DNA of 64,000 nucleotides, from positions 90,644,001 to 90,708,000 of the forward strand of contig NC_042997.1 in assembly GCF_006345805.1 (NCBI RefSeq), in the 5' to 3' direction. This DNA is from Octopus sinensis. Lineage: Eukaryota. The position numbers and the translations under genes were made by a program. The notes below the pieces were generated by a model. The model was not told the DNA's origin. It made no database searches and saw nothing but the letters and a program-made list of their open reading frames with translations. Shown one piece after another: positions 11,996 to 22,499 of the stretch; positions within the stretch are counted from its first letter, which is position 1; every line of letters begins with the position of its first letter.

Positions 11996-14900
11996 TCATA
12001 GAATCATAGTCAAGGTGGCTTCGTCATTCATACGTGCCATCCTTGCTACATTCACCCATCTTTTTTAAAACATTCACTAGACAAAACTTGCCTCTCTACT
12101 CTCACTTTCCTCCTCAAGTGATACTTGAAGAAGTTGATGAGAGATTGACCAGAGAGGAAAGTGTTTGTCTCTAATCCTTTCAGGCGCGTCCACCAGATAC
12201 ATTCTTTCGCCATAGCCACAAGTATGATAAAAATAGCTCTTCCTTCCCGTTTGAAGGAAGGAGGCGTGACGATATTAACGATAGACTCGGCTGATAAACC
12301 GACACGTCCCACACGTGACAGCAGTCGTTCGACATAAGCCCACAGGTGGGAAATTGCTGGACACTGCACGATTGCGTGCAGAGCGGTTTCGTCGCTCTGC
12401 CCGCATCTCGGGCAGGTCGGCCCCGTGTTTCTCGAGCCATGCCTATAGAGCTTATCCCGAACGGGTAGCGCTTCTCGGTAGCACCGCCAGGCCAGGGATC
12501 TCTGGAAGTTGTCCATAGGTCCCGGGCCGAAAGTCGTTTGAAACAGGCGGGTCAGGTATTCCTCGTCGACGCCCAGGTTTGCCCCAAGATCGTCGTCGTA
12601 CCTCCCCTCCACTAATCCCCTATAGAATGCTTTGGTTGTGTTGAAGTCACTCAAGGTCGACCCGGGACGGCAGAGTTGCTTGAGAGCAACGCGACACTCG
12701 CGGTGCCATTCGCCCTTCCTCGGCCTCTTTTTGATCCACGACTGCAGTTCGGTCATGGAGACAAGTTGCGGGAATGCGTGCCTCACAAGCGGCGACCACA
12801 CCTGTTCACCGTCGTCTACATAGAGCCGGAGATGTCGCAGTCTCAGCGCGTGTCTGCGCATCATCAACCACGGCATGCCCAGCCCTCCTTTTAACGGGTG
12901 TTGACAGCAAATGGATCGCCTGACCATCGGGACGCATCCTTTCCACAAGAAGCGGAAGAGGATGCGTTCTAGTTTGGTGATGGTAGGGTCGGGACAAGGT
13001 ACGACGGTCAGGCGGTAGTAGATGATGGACGCGATGTACGCGTTCGCCACCTCCGCCCGACCTTTTAGGGACAGTTTCCTCTCGGCCCATTGCTGGGCGA
13101 GAGTGACCACCCTACTCGTTATCTCGTTCCAGTTCTTCTCCATTTGGAGGTCCGGACCGAACCAGACCCCGAGCAACTCACCGGGCCGTCTGTCCAGCGT
13201 CCCACGACGGAGGTACTGGTGGACGGCATGGGCTTGCTTCTCCAGGTGCCTAGCCGCAAGCCCACTGACTTTTCCCCCGGTTGATTTTTGCTCCTGTCAC
13301 CCGCTTCGTAGTCTTTCAGTGTCTCGCCGACCCGCTCGATGTGCTCGTAGCTTGACACTATGACGGTGACGTCGTCCGCGTATGCAGACACGCTCGTCCC
13401 GCATCCCAATTCTCGCGGGATGCCCCTCAGGTCGCCAGCTTCCGCAGTAGTGGCTCAAGAGTCAATACGTATAGAAGCGCCGAGAGGGGGCATCCCTGAC
13501 GGACCGAACGTGCAATGTCGAAAGTCTCGATAGATGTCCATTCACGCGAATTACCGAACGGATGCCTCTGTACAAGGCAGCTATCCAGCCGTGGAAGACG
13601 GGACCGACCAGCCGCTCTCAGGACTGCCTCCAAGTATCGATGGTCTACCCTATCGAAGGCTTTCGATTGATCCAAGTTGATCAGGGCCCCACCCATGCCA
13701 GGTTCGTTAACTACCCTGTCTATGATGTAGCGCATCAGATGGAGGTTGTCATGGATGCTCCGGCCCGGCACGGCGCACGTTTGTGCGTTGTCGACCAGTT
13801 TCTCGATGACAAGCGCCAACCTCTTGGCTAACACCTTTGTCAAAATTTTTAGGTCTGCATTGAGCAGAGTGATTGGTCTAAAGTTATCTATAATGTTCCC
13901 CTTGTTTGGATCTTTCTTCAGCAGTGTTACAGCTCCTCGACTCACAAAACTGGGTATGCTCCCGTTTTGCTGCCAGTTGCAGTATACCGCTGCCAAGACG
14001 TCTCCAAACAAGTCTGGCATACAATTGTAAAATTCGTAGGGCAGACCATCCAAACCCGGCGATTTGTCTCTCGAGCATTCTGCCATCGCGTCCTGCACAT
14101 CCGCCGCCGTGATGGCACCTTCGCAGCACTCTGCCTCTCTTGCCGAGAGTCGTGGTAGGCTGTGCAGGTAGGCACTGAAATCCACCCTGCGTTCACGCTC
14201 ACCACTCGTCCCGTACAGTCGGGCAAAGTGCCGCTGAAATGTCTCGCACATCTTGCTGGGCTCGAGCAATTCGCGCCCTTGTTCATCTACCAGAGACCGA
14301 ATGGTGGCTTTGTTGCCCTGCTGCGCCTCCGCCACCCGGGCCTCTCTCGCGGCTCCAACACCTTCGTTCCTTAGAGCACGCATCCTAGCTCTGACAGCAC
14401 ATCCTTCGTGTTTGGCGTTGAAGTGTTGGTCGAGGGCCAACCTAGCCGCCAAAACGTCGGATGCGATGCCGCTTCTAATTGCCTCTTCTAGCTTCTTAAC
14501 TAGCTCACCCTCTACTCTATTTCTATCTATGGCTAGTGCTTTGCTGTACCTAATCGCTTCTGCTTTTACTGCTCTCTTGAGGGCAAACCACCATTTGTTG
14601 TTGATGATGGCTCCCGTCAAAGCCCTCTTTACTAGTGTGCTAATCCGGTCTCTGAAAACTTGTCTGGACGGGAATGATGCGTTCAGTTTCCAGTACCCAG
14701 GACCCTGTCGATGTGCCTTATCTAAGTCTAGCGTACACGTCACGAATTTGTGATCCGTGTAGCTGACTGTATGGAATTGTGGACATCCTAAGTTATCCTT
14801 GTCTACTGTCCTACACAGTATCCTATCTAGATACGATCTCGACGACCCACTGCGGTTGCTCCATGTCCACGTTGGTGCATTTGGGTGGTCGAGTCGGTAC

Positions 14901-15427
14901 CTGTCAGACAGTTGGAATCGTCTGAGCAGGTCTCTGAGGCATTTGCATCCCCTTCTGTTTTTGTCTCTCCCCACATAGTCTAGATGCGTGTCCAAGGTAG
15001 CATTCCAATCCCCCACTAAAAGTAAAGGACGAGACGTTCCCAGGAATACTTCTAGACGTCGAAAGAAACCCGGCTGACCTGTTAAAGGCGGTGCGTAGAC
15101 TGATACGAGTCGAAAAGCGCACCCATTGCTGCCGTCGACATCCAGAACGACCAGTCTACCCTCCGGGTCTACGAATATCGTCTTGACTTCGAGATCCAGG
15201 CTCTTGTGAAAAAGTACCGTGGTGCCACTACCGCCCATTCTCGACAGACAGGGAGCAAAATAAATGTTAAACTGTCCGCCAAACATGGACTTTAGGGCCC
15301 GTGGCTCGTGGAGTCTGGTCTCACTTATGGCTATGATTCCCAATCGTGTGACTTGATGTCATTTAGGAGGTATCCTTGTTTCCAAGGAGACCCAACCACG
15401 CGCATTCACACAACCAATCTTGACCAT
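11996..15427 (-). pseudogene. ORF2: apurinic-like endonuclease, reverse transcriptase and zf-RVT, frameshifted
   Basis: Start MVKIGCVNARG at 15427. APE motifs ISET, VYAP, GDWNA, YLDRI, TDH. RT motifs KSPGLDGLPYEFY, FRPITLLN, LDQSKAFDRV, RQGCPLS and YADD (13371-13382). CPRC...H....C finger. Reconstructed end FKKRWVNVARM...MIL* at 11996. Confidence 0.93.
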
Positions 15428-15477
15428 GATTCTATTGGGGTGTGTGCTTTGAAACACAAAAAGGAAAGTACAGAGAG

Positions 15478-17454
15478 TTACTTACTTGTGTCGAAAGTTT
15501 TGGCTTCCTCGTTCTTTGATGTGTCTTCGAGGAGGTTTCTATAAAGTTTTTGGGACAGATACTTTTGGAAACCCCCTACAGCATTTGGGAAGAGGGCTTT
15601 GAGTTTGTGGTGTTGTGTTTGTGTGATGTGTAGTATTTTGATGTGTTTGGGTGGTGTAGTGTGTGGATGGTTGTTAGTTTTGAAGTCATCTTCACAGATG
15701 TTTGTGTAGCCTGTGATGTACTCCATTAGTTTGGAGTCTTTTGTGTCTATCGCTGATAGCATTGTGTGTGTTTTTGTGGTGTTGGTGCTTGTTTGGTTGT
15801 ATATGGAGCTTTCAGGGTTCAGGTATCTCCCTGCTTTGGTTGCGTTTTCTTTGGTTTTTTTACCCTCTGTGGCTATTTGCCATTCCGTCGAACTTTCGTC
15901 GTTGGACGACGTGTCCGAATCAGAAGAGGGTAAAGGCAAAGCGTTTGGATCTATATGTGTGTTTGTAGAAGGTGTTGTTGTTTTGTGTGGTGTTTGTGTT
16001 GTTTGGGTGTTAGGGGCAGAATTTGTCTTTTCGTCATTGATATTTGTTTTTTTGGTTGTTGTTCTTGGTGCTGGTGTTGGTTTGTCTTTTGATGTTGATG
16101 GTGATGTTGCTTCTTTTGTTGGTTGCGATGTCGGAGGTAATTCTCTTCTTGGTGATGTGGTTGGTGAGGGGGAAACAGTTTTTGTATCGTCCGCTGTTTT
16201 TCCTGTCTTTTGGGTTGAAGGAGGTGTGGGTAGCAGGGGTTTCCTTCCAGGTTTGGGGAGTGGTTGCTGTTGCCTATTTCTGACAGCAGTTGGACACTCG
16301 TATCTAAGGTGTGCCTCACTGTTGCATAAATAGCATCTTGGTCTCCTGCCCTCCACCACTACATACAATTTTTGGTCGTTTGCCAGTTGAACAAAGGCTG
16401 GTAAATTGTTTATTACTTCTTGGGAGATTTGAAGAAATATTTCGAGTTTTTTACCCGTCCAGCTTTCCTCTGGAATGTCAGCTGTTTCTAAAATATCTGC
16501 TTCTTCTATATCGGAGCAGATGGCCGATACCAGCCACTGGGTATTCACCATTGGCGGCACATTATTTATTGTGACTTTCGTAATTCTGCGCCCAAGGTAG
16601 CCTGGTACCGTTGTTACCTGGTCTGTGCGCAGAGTAAGGGTTGAAAACCTTTTTGTTAGTTCTTCCGTATGGAAGTGAACTTGCACGGTAGCAAATTTAC
16701 TTCCCCAATTCACATAATTTCGGAATTTCCACACGGAAGAGAGGCACTTTTCAATTTTTTCTTTAGGTAGGCTTTCCGGTTTTTTTGTTTTGGTGTTGAG
16801 TATTCTGTAAATGATGGTCCTCTTTTGTGTTTCTTCTATGATGTTCCGTGGAATATTTAAATGTATTGTGTCGCCTTCTCTTGTGAGCAAGGACTTTGTG
16901 TCTTGTATTTGTTGGTGAGTAAATTTTAAGATCCTTCTTTTCGGTCGTATGGCTTCCGCGAAATTGTTTTTTGTGGAGGTGGTGGTGGTGGTGTTGGTGG
17001 TGGTGATGTTTGTGGCAGAGTCGTTCGTCGTAGTAGTAAACTGTGAAGTCGGGTTGTTTACGAGTTTGTGAGTGGAGGTCGCGATGTTAGCGTTCATGCT
17101 CACATTTGCATTCGTGTTGTTTTCCCCCATTTCCCCTGCTTTATGAGATTGTGGTAGAGGCAGTGTGGGGAACTCAACGTCGTCAAGAAGGGTGTCGGTG
17201 ACCTTGGTTTTGTTGTTGTTGGTAGAGGAAGCAGTTGTCGTAGCAGAAGCTGCTATGGTGGTGGTGTCGGTGTTGATGGTGGTGACGGTGCTTGGCCTTA
17301 CGACCTTTGTTTTATAGTTGTTGCTGTTGTCGATGCTGATGGTGGTGGTGGTGGTGGTGTTGTCAGGTTCAGCGTATGCTAGCAGGGCATCCTGTTTTTT
17401 TGTCTCTGCGTCACGCTTGACTTGCACATCAGCCTCGTGGTGACCAGTGGCCAT
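15478..17454 (-). CDS. ORF1: gag-like nucleic-acid-binding protein with CCHC zinc knuckle
   Basis: Uninterrupted ORF (track 15478-17484; first true ATG at 17454). Zinc knuckle CYLCNSEAHLRYEC follows VVVEGRRPR. Thr/Pro/Ser-rich low-complexity ends. Lies upstream of ORF2 on the same strand. Confidence 0.88.
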   Translation of the reverse strand: MATGHHEADVQVKRDAETKKQDALLAYAEPDNTTTTTTISIDNSNNYKTKVVRPSTVTTINTDTTTIAASATTTASSTNNNKTKVTDTLLDDVEFPTLPLPQSHKAGEMGENNTNANVSMNANIATSTHKLVNNPTSQFTTTTNDSATNITTTNTTTTTSTKNNFAEAIRPKRRILKFTHQQIQDTKSLLTREGDTIHLNIPRNIIEETQKRTIIYRILNTKTKKPESLPKEKIEKCLSSVWKFRNYVNWGSKFATVQVHFHTEELTKRFSTLTLRTDQVTTVPGYLGRRITKVTINNVPPMVNTQWLVSAICSDIEEADILETADIPEESWTGKKLEIFLQISQEVINNLPAFVQLANDQKLYVVVEGRRPRCYLCNSEAHLRYECPTAVRNRQQQPLPKPGRKPLLPTPPSTQKTGKTADDTKTVSPSPTTSPRRELPPTSQPTKEATSPSTSKDKPTPAPRTTTKKTNINDEKTNSAPNTQTTQTPHKTTTPSTNTHIDPNALPLPSSDSDTSSNDESSTEWQIATEGKKTKENATKAGRYLNPESSIYNQTSTNTTKTHTMLSAIDTKDSKLMEYITGYTNICEDDFKTNNHPHTTPPKHIKILHITQTQHHKLKALFPNAVGGFQKYLSQKLYRNLLEDTSKNEEAKTFDTSK

Positions 17455-17678
17455 TTTGAAATTAAAATGGCTAAATGGAACCACGAAGACTATGAGAATT
17501 TTTTCTTTTAAATTTTGCCCACAAGGGGCAAAATTTTGTGTAGATATTTATCAAAGGTTTGCAGTGGATGTTGTTGCACAACTTTTAAACACAAAATATT
17601 TGTCAATATACACTTTTGAACGTACAAAAATACCAACTTACGTGGAGCCCATTTGACTTGCGTCTGTCTGTCCAGAGA

Positions 17679-17697
17679 GATAGATAGAAAGAAAGAT

Positions 17698-17789
<92 letters not shown>
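17679..17789. repeat. (GATA)n/(GAAA)n microsatellite at the Tx1 5' junction
   Basis: Direct reading; same orientation as 11499-11630. Confidence 0.95.
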
Positions 17790-17794
17790 TACAA

Positions 17795-18420
17795 TGTTAA
17801 GGGCATCGTGCTGATGTGAACTTAATTATTTTGCAAGCAAGTGTTACTGGTTTTATCACACAGTGTATACTAAATACAGAATTTATTAAATAGGTAATAT
17901 AAAGACTTCTGTATCTGACAATCATGGATGGAGCACTGTCATTAGCATAATCTATTATATTTCTGAGGGGAATATTATGTTCCACGAAATAAGTTACAAC
18001 ATCTTTGAAAATTGTTTTACCGTTAGTGTCTGTTTTAAGACGTCTGGCAAAAAGAATTTCCTCTCTGAATTTATTACCATCCAAAAACGATCATATGCCA
18101 ATAAAATAGCTTTACTATCTCTCAGGGTAGATTCATCAGGTTGAAGAGGAAATTTCTGTACTTATAATTTGGCTACTAGTTGCTTTTCTACATCTTAGCC
18201 ATTTCAGCAATACACCGTGGCACTAATGAGTTGCTTAAAGGAATCTTACAAGTAATTTCATTAGCATTTTGTTTCATAAATGATGAAATTATGACAGATA
18301 CCGCAGGCAAAAATTGTAGTTTCACCAATATTATAGGGTTTCCCAACCTTGGCTAAAATTTTAGAAATTTCAAAGGATGTCAGTCAACCATTATTTTTAC
18401 ATAATTGATTGCTAAACAAG
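17795..18420 (-). pseudogene. hAT (Charlie-like) transposase, N-terminal/central part
   Basis: ORF 17797-18084 reads EEILFARRLKTDTNGKTIF...ANDSAPSM...IHCVI. Upstream decayed motifs IGET and FPLQPDESTLRDSKAILLAY are present. Same strand as 9582-10620. Confidence 0.85.
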
Positions 18421-18439
18421 AATACTTAAAGAACACCAA

Positions 18440-18771
18440 CCTCCACCAGAGCAACACCAATGTCCTCTCAACGATTAGCCGGAGATGATTCTTAAAATAA
18501 GAATATCTGAAATAAACTCGACTGCTCTTACAAAAAGAACACTAAAATGAACCCGACCGCTCTCAAAAATTAAGTAAAAAACAGGAAAAGTAATCTAGAA
18601 TCCTTATCCGCTATCGGATCGATCCCAAAATCTAATCAGTTCATGTCAGTCACGAGGCCAAACATCCCTGAAAGTTTCATCCGAATTCATCCAGTGGTTC
18701 TTGAAATATCTTGTCCACGGACAAACAAACACGACTGAAAACAACACCTCTACCTTCTCTAAGGCGGAGGT
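18440..18771 (+). mobile_element. Short interspersed element with 3' hairpin (Helentron-associated HINE/DINE-1-like)
   Basis: (ACAA)n tract, then the imperfect palindrome ACCTCTACCTT-CTCT-AAGGCGGAGGT at 18746-18771, followed by AATAAT. The family assignment rests on architecture only. Confidence 0.45.
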
Positions 18772-18801
18772 AATAATGATAATAGAAATAATTATAATAA
18801 A

Positions 18802-18900
18802 CTACCTGACGCAGTACCAGGCCACTGGCTCTCATGGCTTCTGATCTTAACTGATTGGAAGTGTTATCATGTACATCATTTGTCTTGGTGTAAAAGATGG
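18802..18900 (+). mobile_element. End fragment of unclassified (TAA)n-associated element E
   Basis: CCTGACGCAGTACCAGG...GATCTTAACTGATTGGAAGTGTTATCATGTAC matches 24633-24730. Confidence 0.8.
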
Positions 18901-18929
18901 TTTACTGTGGAGATCGCTAGTTAATAGAA

Positions 18930-19430
18930 TTCAAAGTTCTGGAAGTTTATCCCAATATTGACCACTATGGCCGAACCACTTTACCGTTTAACCAGGAAGG
19001 AAACTCCTTGCAAGTGGGGAGATGAGGAGCAAAGAGCGTTTAAACAGTTGAAAAGCTTATTATCCTCAGATCAGGTCCTTGTACATTTCAACCCAGACAA
19101 GCCTTTCGGACTGGCTTATGACGCATCCAACGTCGGAATTGGAGATGTCTTGTTACATCGCTGTCTTGTTTCATCTGGATGAAAGTGAGCGCCTATTTGC
19201 CAATGTCTCCAATACTCTCGTGTCTGCAGAAAGAAACTACAGCCAAATCCACAATGAAGGCCTATCCATTATATTAGGCTTACGGAAATTCTACCAGTAT
19301 CTGTACGGACATCAGTTTATACTGGTGACTGATCATAAATTACTGACGACACTGTTCGGCCCGAAGAAAGGGACACCACTTCTCGAAGCCAACCGACTAG
19401 CTCGATGGGTTTTGTGGCTGAACTAGTTTG
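18930..19430 (+). pseudogene. Ty3/Gypsy pol fragment (RT connection plus RNase H)
   Basis: AEPLYRLTRK...WGDEEQRAFKQLK...DASNVGIG and ERNYSQI...LVTDHK...RLARW; one frameshift. Confidence 0.9.
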
Positions 19431-19528
19431 ACTAGTTTGAAAGGATAGATTAGTACCGCAGGCTACAGGCAGTAAGCCCGCTACGCATGCAAAACTCCAG
19501 GAGCTCCAACAAAATCTGTGATAAAGAG

Positions 19529-19529
19529 A

Positions 19530-19585
<56 letters not shown>
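19529..19585. repeat. (TAA)n microsatellite, 5' flank of R4/Dong element
   Basis: Direct reading. Confidence 0.95.
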
Positions 19586-19589
<4 letters not shown>

Positions 19590-21663
19590 AAGGCGTTTGA
19601 TAGCATCCCCCACACATGGATCCTCGAAACACTAGCCATTAACAAAGTAGCACCAACCCTTATAAAATTCATAGGGCACTCTATGAATAAATGGCAAACC
19701 GTGCTACAGCTCCAAACAAAAGAGGGACTCATGAAAACCAAAGCCATCCCCATTAGAAGAGGAATATTCCAGGGAGACACGCTCTCTCCACTCCTTTTCT
19801 GCTTGGCACTGTCACCTCTATCTGATATGCTAATTAGAACTGGATGCGGATATAAATATTACGGCAAAACGATCAGCCACCTTTTATATATGGATGACCT
19901 AAAACTATACGCTGCAAATGACAAACAGCTGGAAACACTATTAAAGACAGTTCATCGATTTACCAAAGAAATAGAAATGAAATTTGGATTTAAACAATGC
20001 GCCAAAGTAACCATGAAAAGAGGAAAACTAGTTAAGAGTAGTAACATCACACTAGATAAAACCAATGAAATAAAAGAATTAGACCAAAGCCAAACTTACA
20101 AATACTTAGGAATCCATGAACTAGATAAGACACAACACACACAAATGAAAGAGAAAATAAAAAAAGAATATTATAGACGAGTTAGATCAATACTAAAAAC
20201 AGAGCTCAATGCTAAAAACAAGATAATAGGTATTAACACTTTAGCTGTCCTAGTTATAAGTTACAGCTACAATATCCTTAACTGGACACTAAATGAACTG
20301 ACCAAAATAGATAGGAAAACAAGAAAAATAATGACAGGATCTAGGACGCATCACCCAAAATCTGACATAGAAAGACTATATATACAACGTATAGAAGGTG
20401 GTAGAGGCCTTATACAGCTGGAAAACTACTATAAAATAACCACCATAGGACTGCAAAAATATCTACTTCAGAAGGAAGGAAAACTGATACAAATAGCGGC
20501 AAAACACGAGCAAAACAAAAAACTATTCTCAGTATTTAAGGAAGCTGACAAATACAAACAAGAAATCATACCACCTAATAAATATGAAGAAGAAGAAGAA
20601 GAAGAAGAAGAAGAAGAAGAAGAAGAAGAAGAAGAAGAAGAAGAAGAAGAAGAAGAAGAAGAAGAAGAAGAAGAAGAAGAGAAGAAGAAGAAGAAGAAGA
20701 AGAAGAAGAAGAAGAAGAAGAAGAAGAAACAACAAAAGCTATAAAACAAATGAAATCCAAACTAAAAACAGAACAGCAACGAACCATGATAAAACGATGG
20801 CAAGAAAAGCCCCTTCATGGTAAATACTGGACTAAACTAAACGCAAAAGAAATAGACAAAGAAAAATCCCAGCAATGGTTGAGAAGCTCAGGACTCAAAG
20901 CAGAGACAGAGGGATTTTTAATTGCAGCACAAGACCAAAGCCTCCCCACCAGAAATTACCAAAAACATGTAATGAAAAGAAATATAACAAGTAACTGCAG
21001 AATATGTGGAGATGGACAAGAAACAATAAATCATATTATCTCTAGCTGCCCAGTCCTGGCTAAGAAGGAATATATTCACAGACATGACAGAGTTGGAACC
21101 TACATACACTGGAAGCTATGCCAACATTATGGAATAACAACAGAAAAAAGATGGTATAGGCACACACCAGAAAAGGTCACAGAAAACGAGAAAGCAACCA
21201 GACTCTAGGATATGCCGATACACACAGATAGAGAAATTAAGGCCAACAGACCAGATATAGTTGTCAGAGATCATGAAGAAAAAAAATGCTTTCTAATTGA
21301 TGTATCAATACCGGCAGATGACAATGTGTCTCTAAAAGAAATGGAAAAACTTTCAAAATACAAAGACCTGGAAATAGAGGTAACCAGAATGTGGAATCTA
21401 AAAACAGAAACAATTCCTATCATAGTAGGTGCATTAGGCATGATAAAAAAATATTCAGACAAATACATAACAAAAACACCAGGACTTACAAACACATATA
21501 ACATACAGAAAATTGCACTACTAGGCACTGCACACATCCTACGCAGAACACTTTCCATACAATAACCATCAGAGCATCACAACAAATCACAACACATACC
21601 TAAGGCACACAGAGCTGCGCTCGGTAGTGAAGTGAAAGCACGCTATAAAAAATAAAACTACTG
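19586..21663 (+). mobile_element. 5'-truncated R4/Dong-clade non-LTR retrotransposon (RT plus restriction-like endonuclease), family A
   Basis: RT motifs KKAFDSIPH, GIFQGDTLSPLLF, YMDDLKLY and KYLG. Zinc knuckle CRICG...HIISSC, RHD and RLE motif RPDIV...IDVSIP...K..KY. ORF ends at 21565, followed by a ~100 nt 3' UTR and (AAT)n. One frameshift in the GAA tract and one TAG at 21206. Confidence 0.92.
20586..20727 (+). repeat. (GAA)n expansion inside the R4/Dong ORF
   Basis: Direct reading; phase shift at ~20680 (GAAGAAGAGAAG). Confidence 0.95.
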
Positions 21664-21700
21664 AATAATAATAATAATATAATAATAATTAATAATAATA

Positions 21701-21747
<47 letters not shown>

Positions 21748-21764
21748 GCAACAACAACAACAAC

Positions 21765-21837
<73 letters not shown>

Positions 21838-21853
21838 TTAATAATAATAATAA
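21664..21853. repeat. (TAA)n/(CAA)n microsatellite
   Basis: Direct reading. Confidence 0.95.
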
Positions 21854-21854
21854 A

Positions 21855-22193
21855 GTACCAAGCAGTAGCTCTCGTGGCATCTGATCTTAACTAATTGGAA
21901 GTGTTAACATGTACATGTTTTGTCTTGGTATAAAAGATGAGTTATAGCAAATATTCTGCTCAATACCACAGATTTTCTTGCCAGTTGTTTGAGCATCATC
22001 CTTAAACAAACCTTATTCAGAGACCTTTTGAATGGGATGGGCTACTTGACCTGAAGAAAATTCTAACTGGGCCATGCGTTATCTTGATATGAGATCATCA
22101 TGTCGCGCACATACGGTTGTGATGTATGTGCATGGTGTACTCATATCAGACGGGTATTCATGATGGGCATAGTGGACTTGGTGTATTTGAGCC
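21855..22193 (+). mobile_element. Internally deleted copy of element E between (TAA)n tracts
   Basis: Colinear with 24633-25150 except for a missing central block. Confidence 0.8.
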
Positions 22194-22241
<48 letters not shown>

Positions 22242-22453
22242 CCATTCTACTATAGGCACAAGGGCTGCGATTTGGAGGAGGGGATAGTCGATCTCATCGA
22301 CCCCAGTGCGCAACTAGTACTTATTTGATTGACCCTGAAAGGATGACAGTCAAAGTTGACCTCGGCGGAATTTGAACTCAGAACGTAGCGACAGACGAAA
22401 TACCACTAAGCATTTAGTCCAGCGCGCTAACGATTCTGCCAGCTCGCAGCCTT
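22242..22453 (-). mobile_element. tRNA-derived SINE family S1
   Basis: Minus strand AAGGCTGCGAGCTGGCAGAATCGTTAG (A box) and GAGTTCAAATTCC (B box), plus the CTTTCAGGGTC core. Confidence 0.85.
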
Positions 22454-22499
22454 GAATGATAATGATAGTGATGATGATGATGATGATGATGATATCGAA

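Larger units (their letters stand above)
11631..17678 (-). mobile_element. Full-length Tx1-clade (L1 superfamily) non-LTR retrotransposon
   Basis: 5' UTR, ORF1, 50 nt spacer, ORF2 (APE-RT-CCHC) and a ~365 nt 3' UTR ending AATAAAGAAACATTCT directly into (TCTA)n. (GATA)n lies on both sides. Confidence 0.92.

Noticed and set aside
12180-16574. Plus-strand ORFs overlapping the Tx1 element (e.g. 14253-14753, 15713-16333)
   Set aside because: Antisense shadows of GC-rich or T/G-skewed coding sequence; no motifs.
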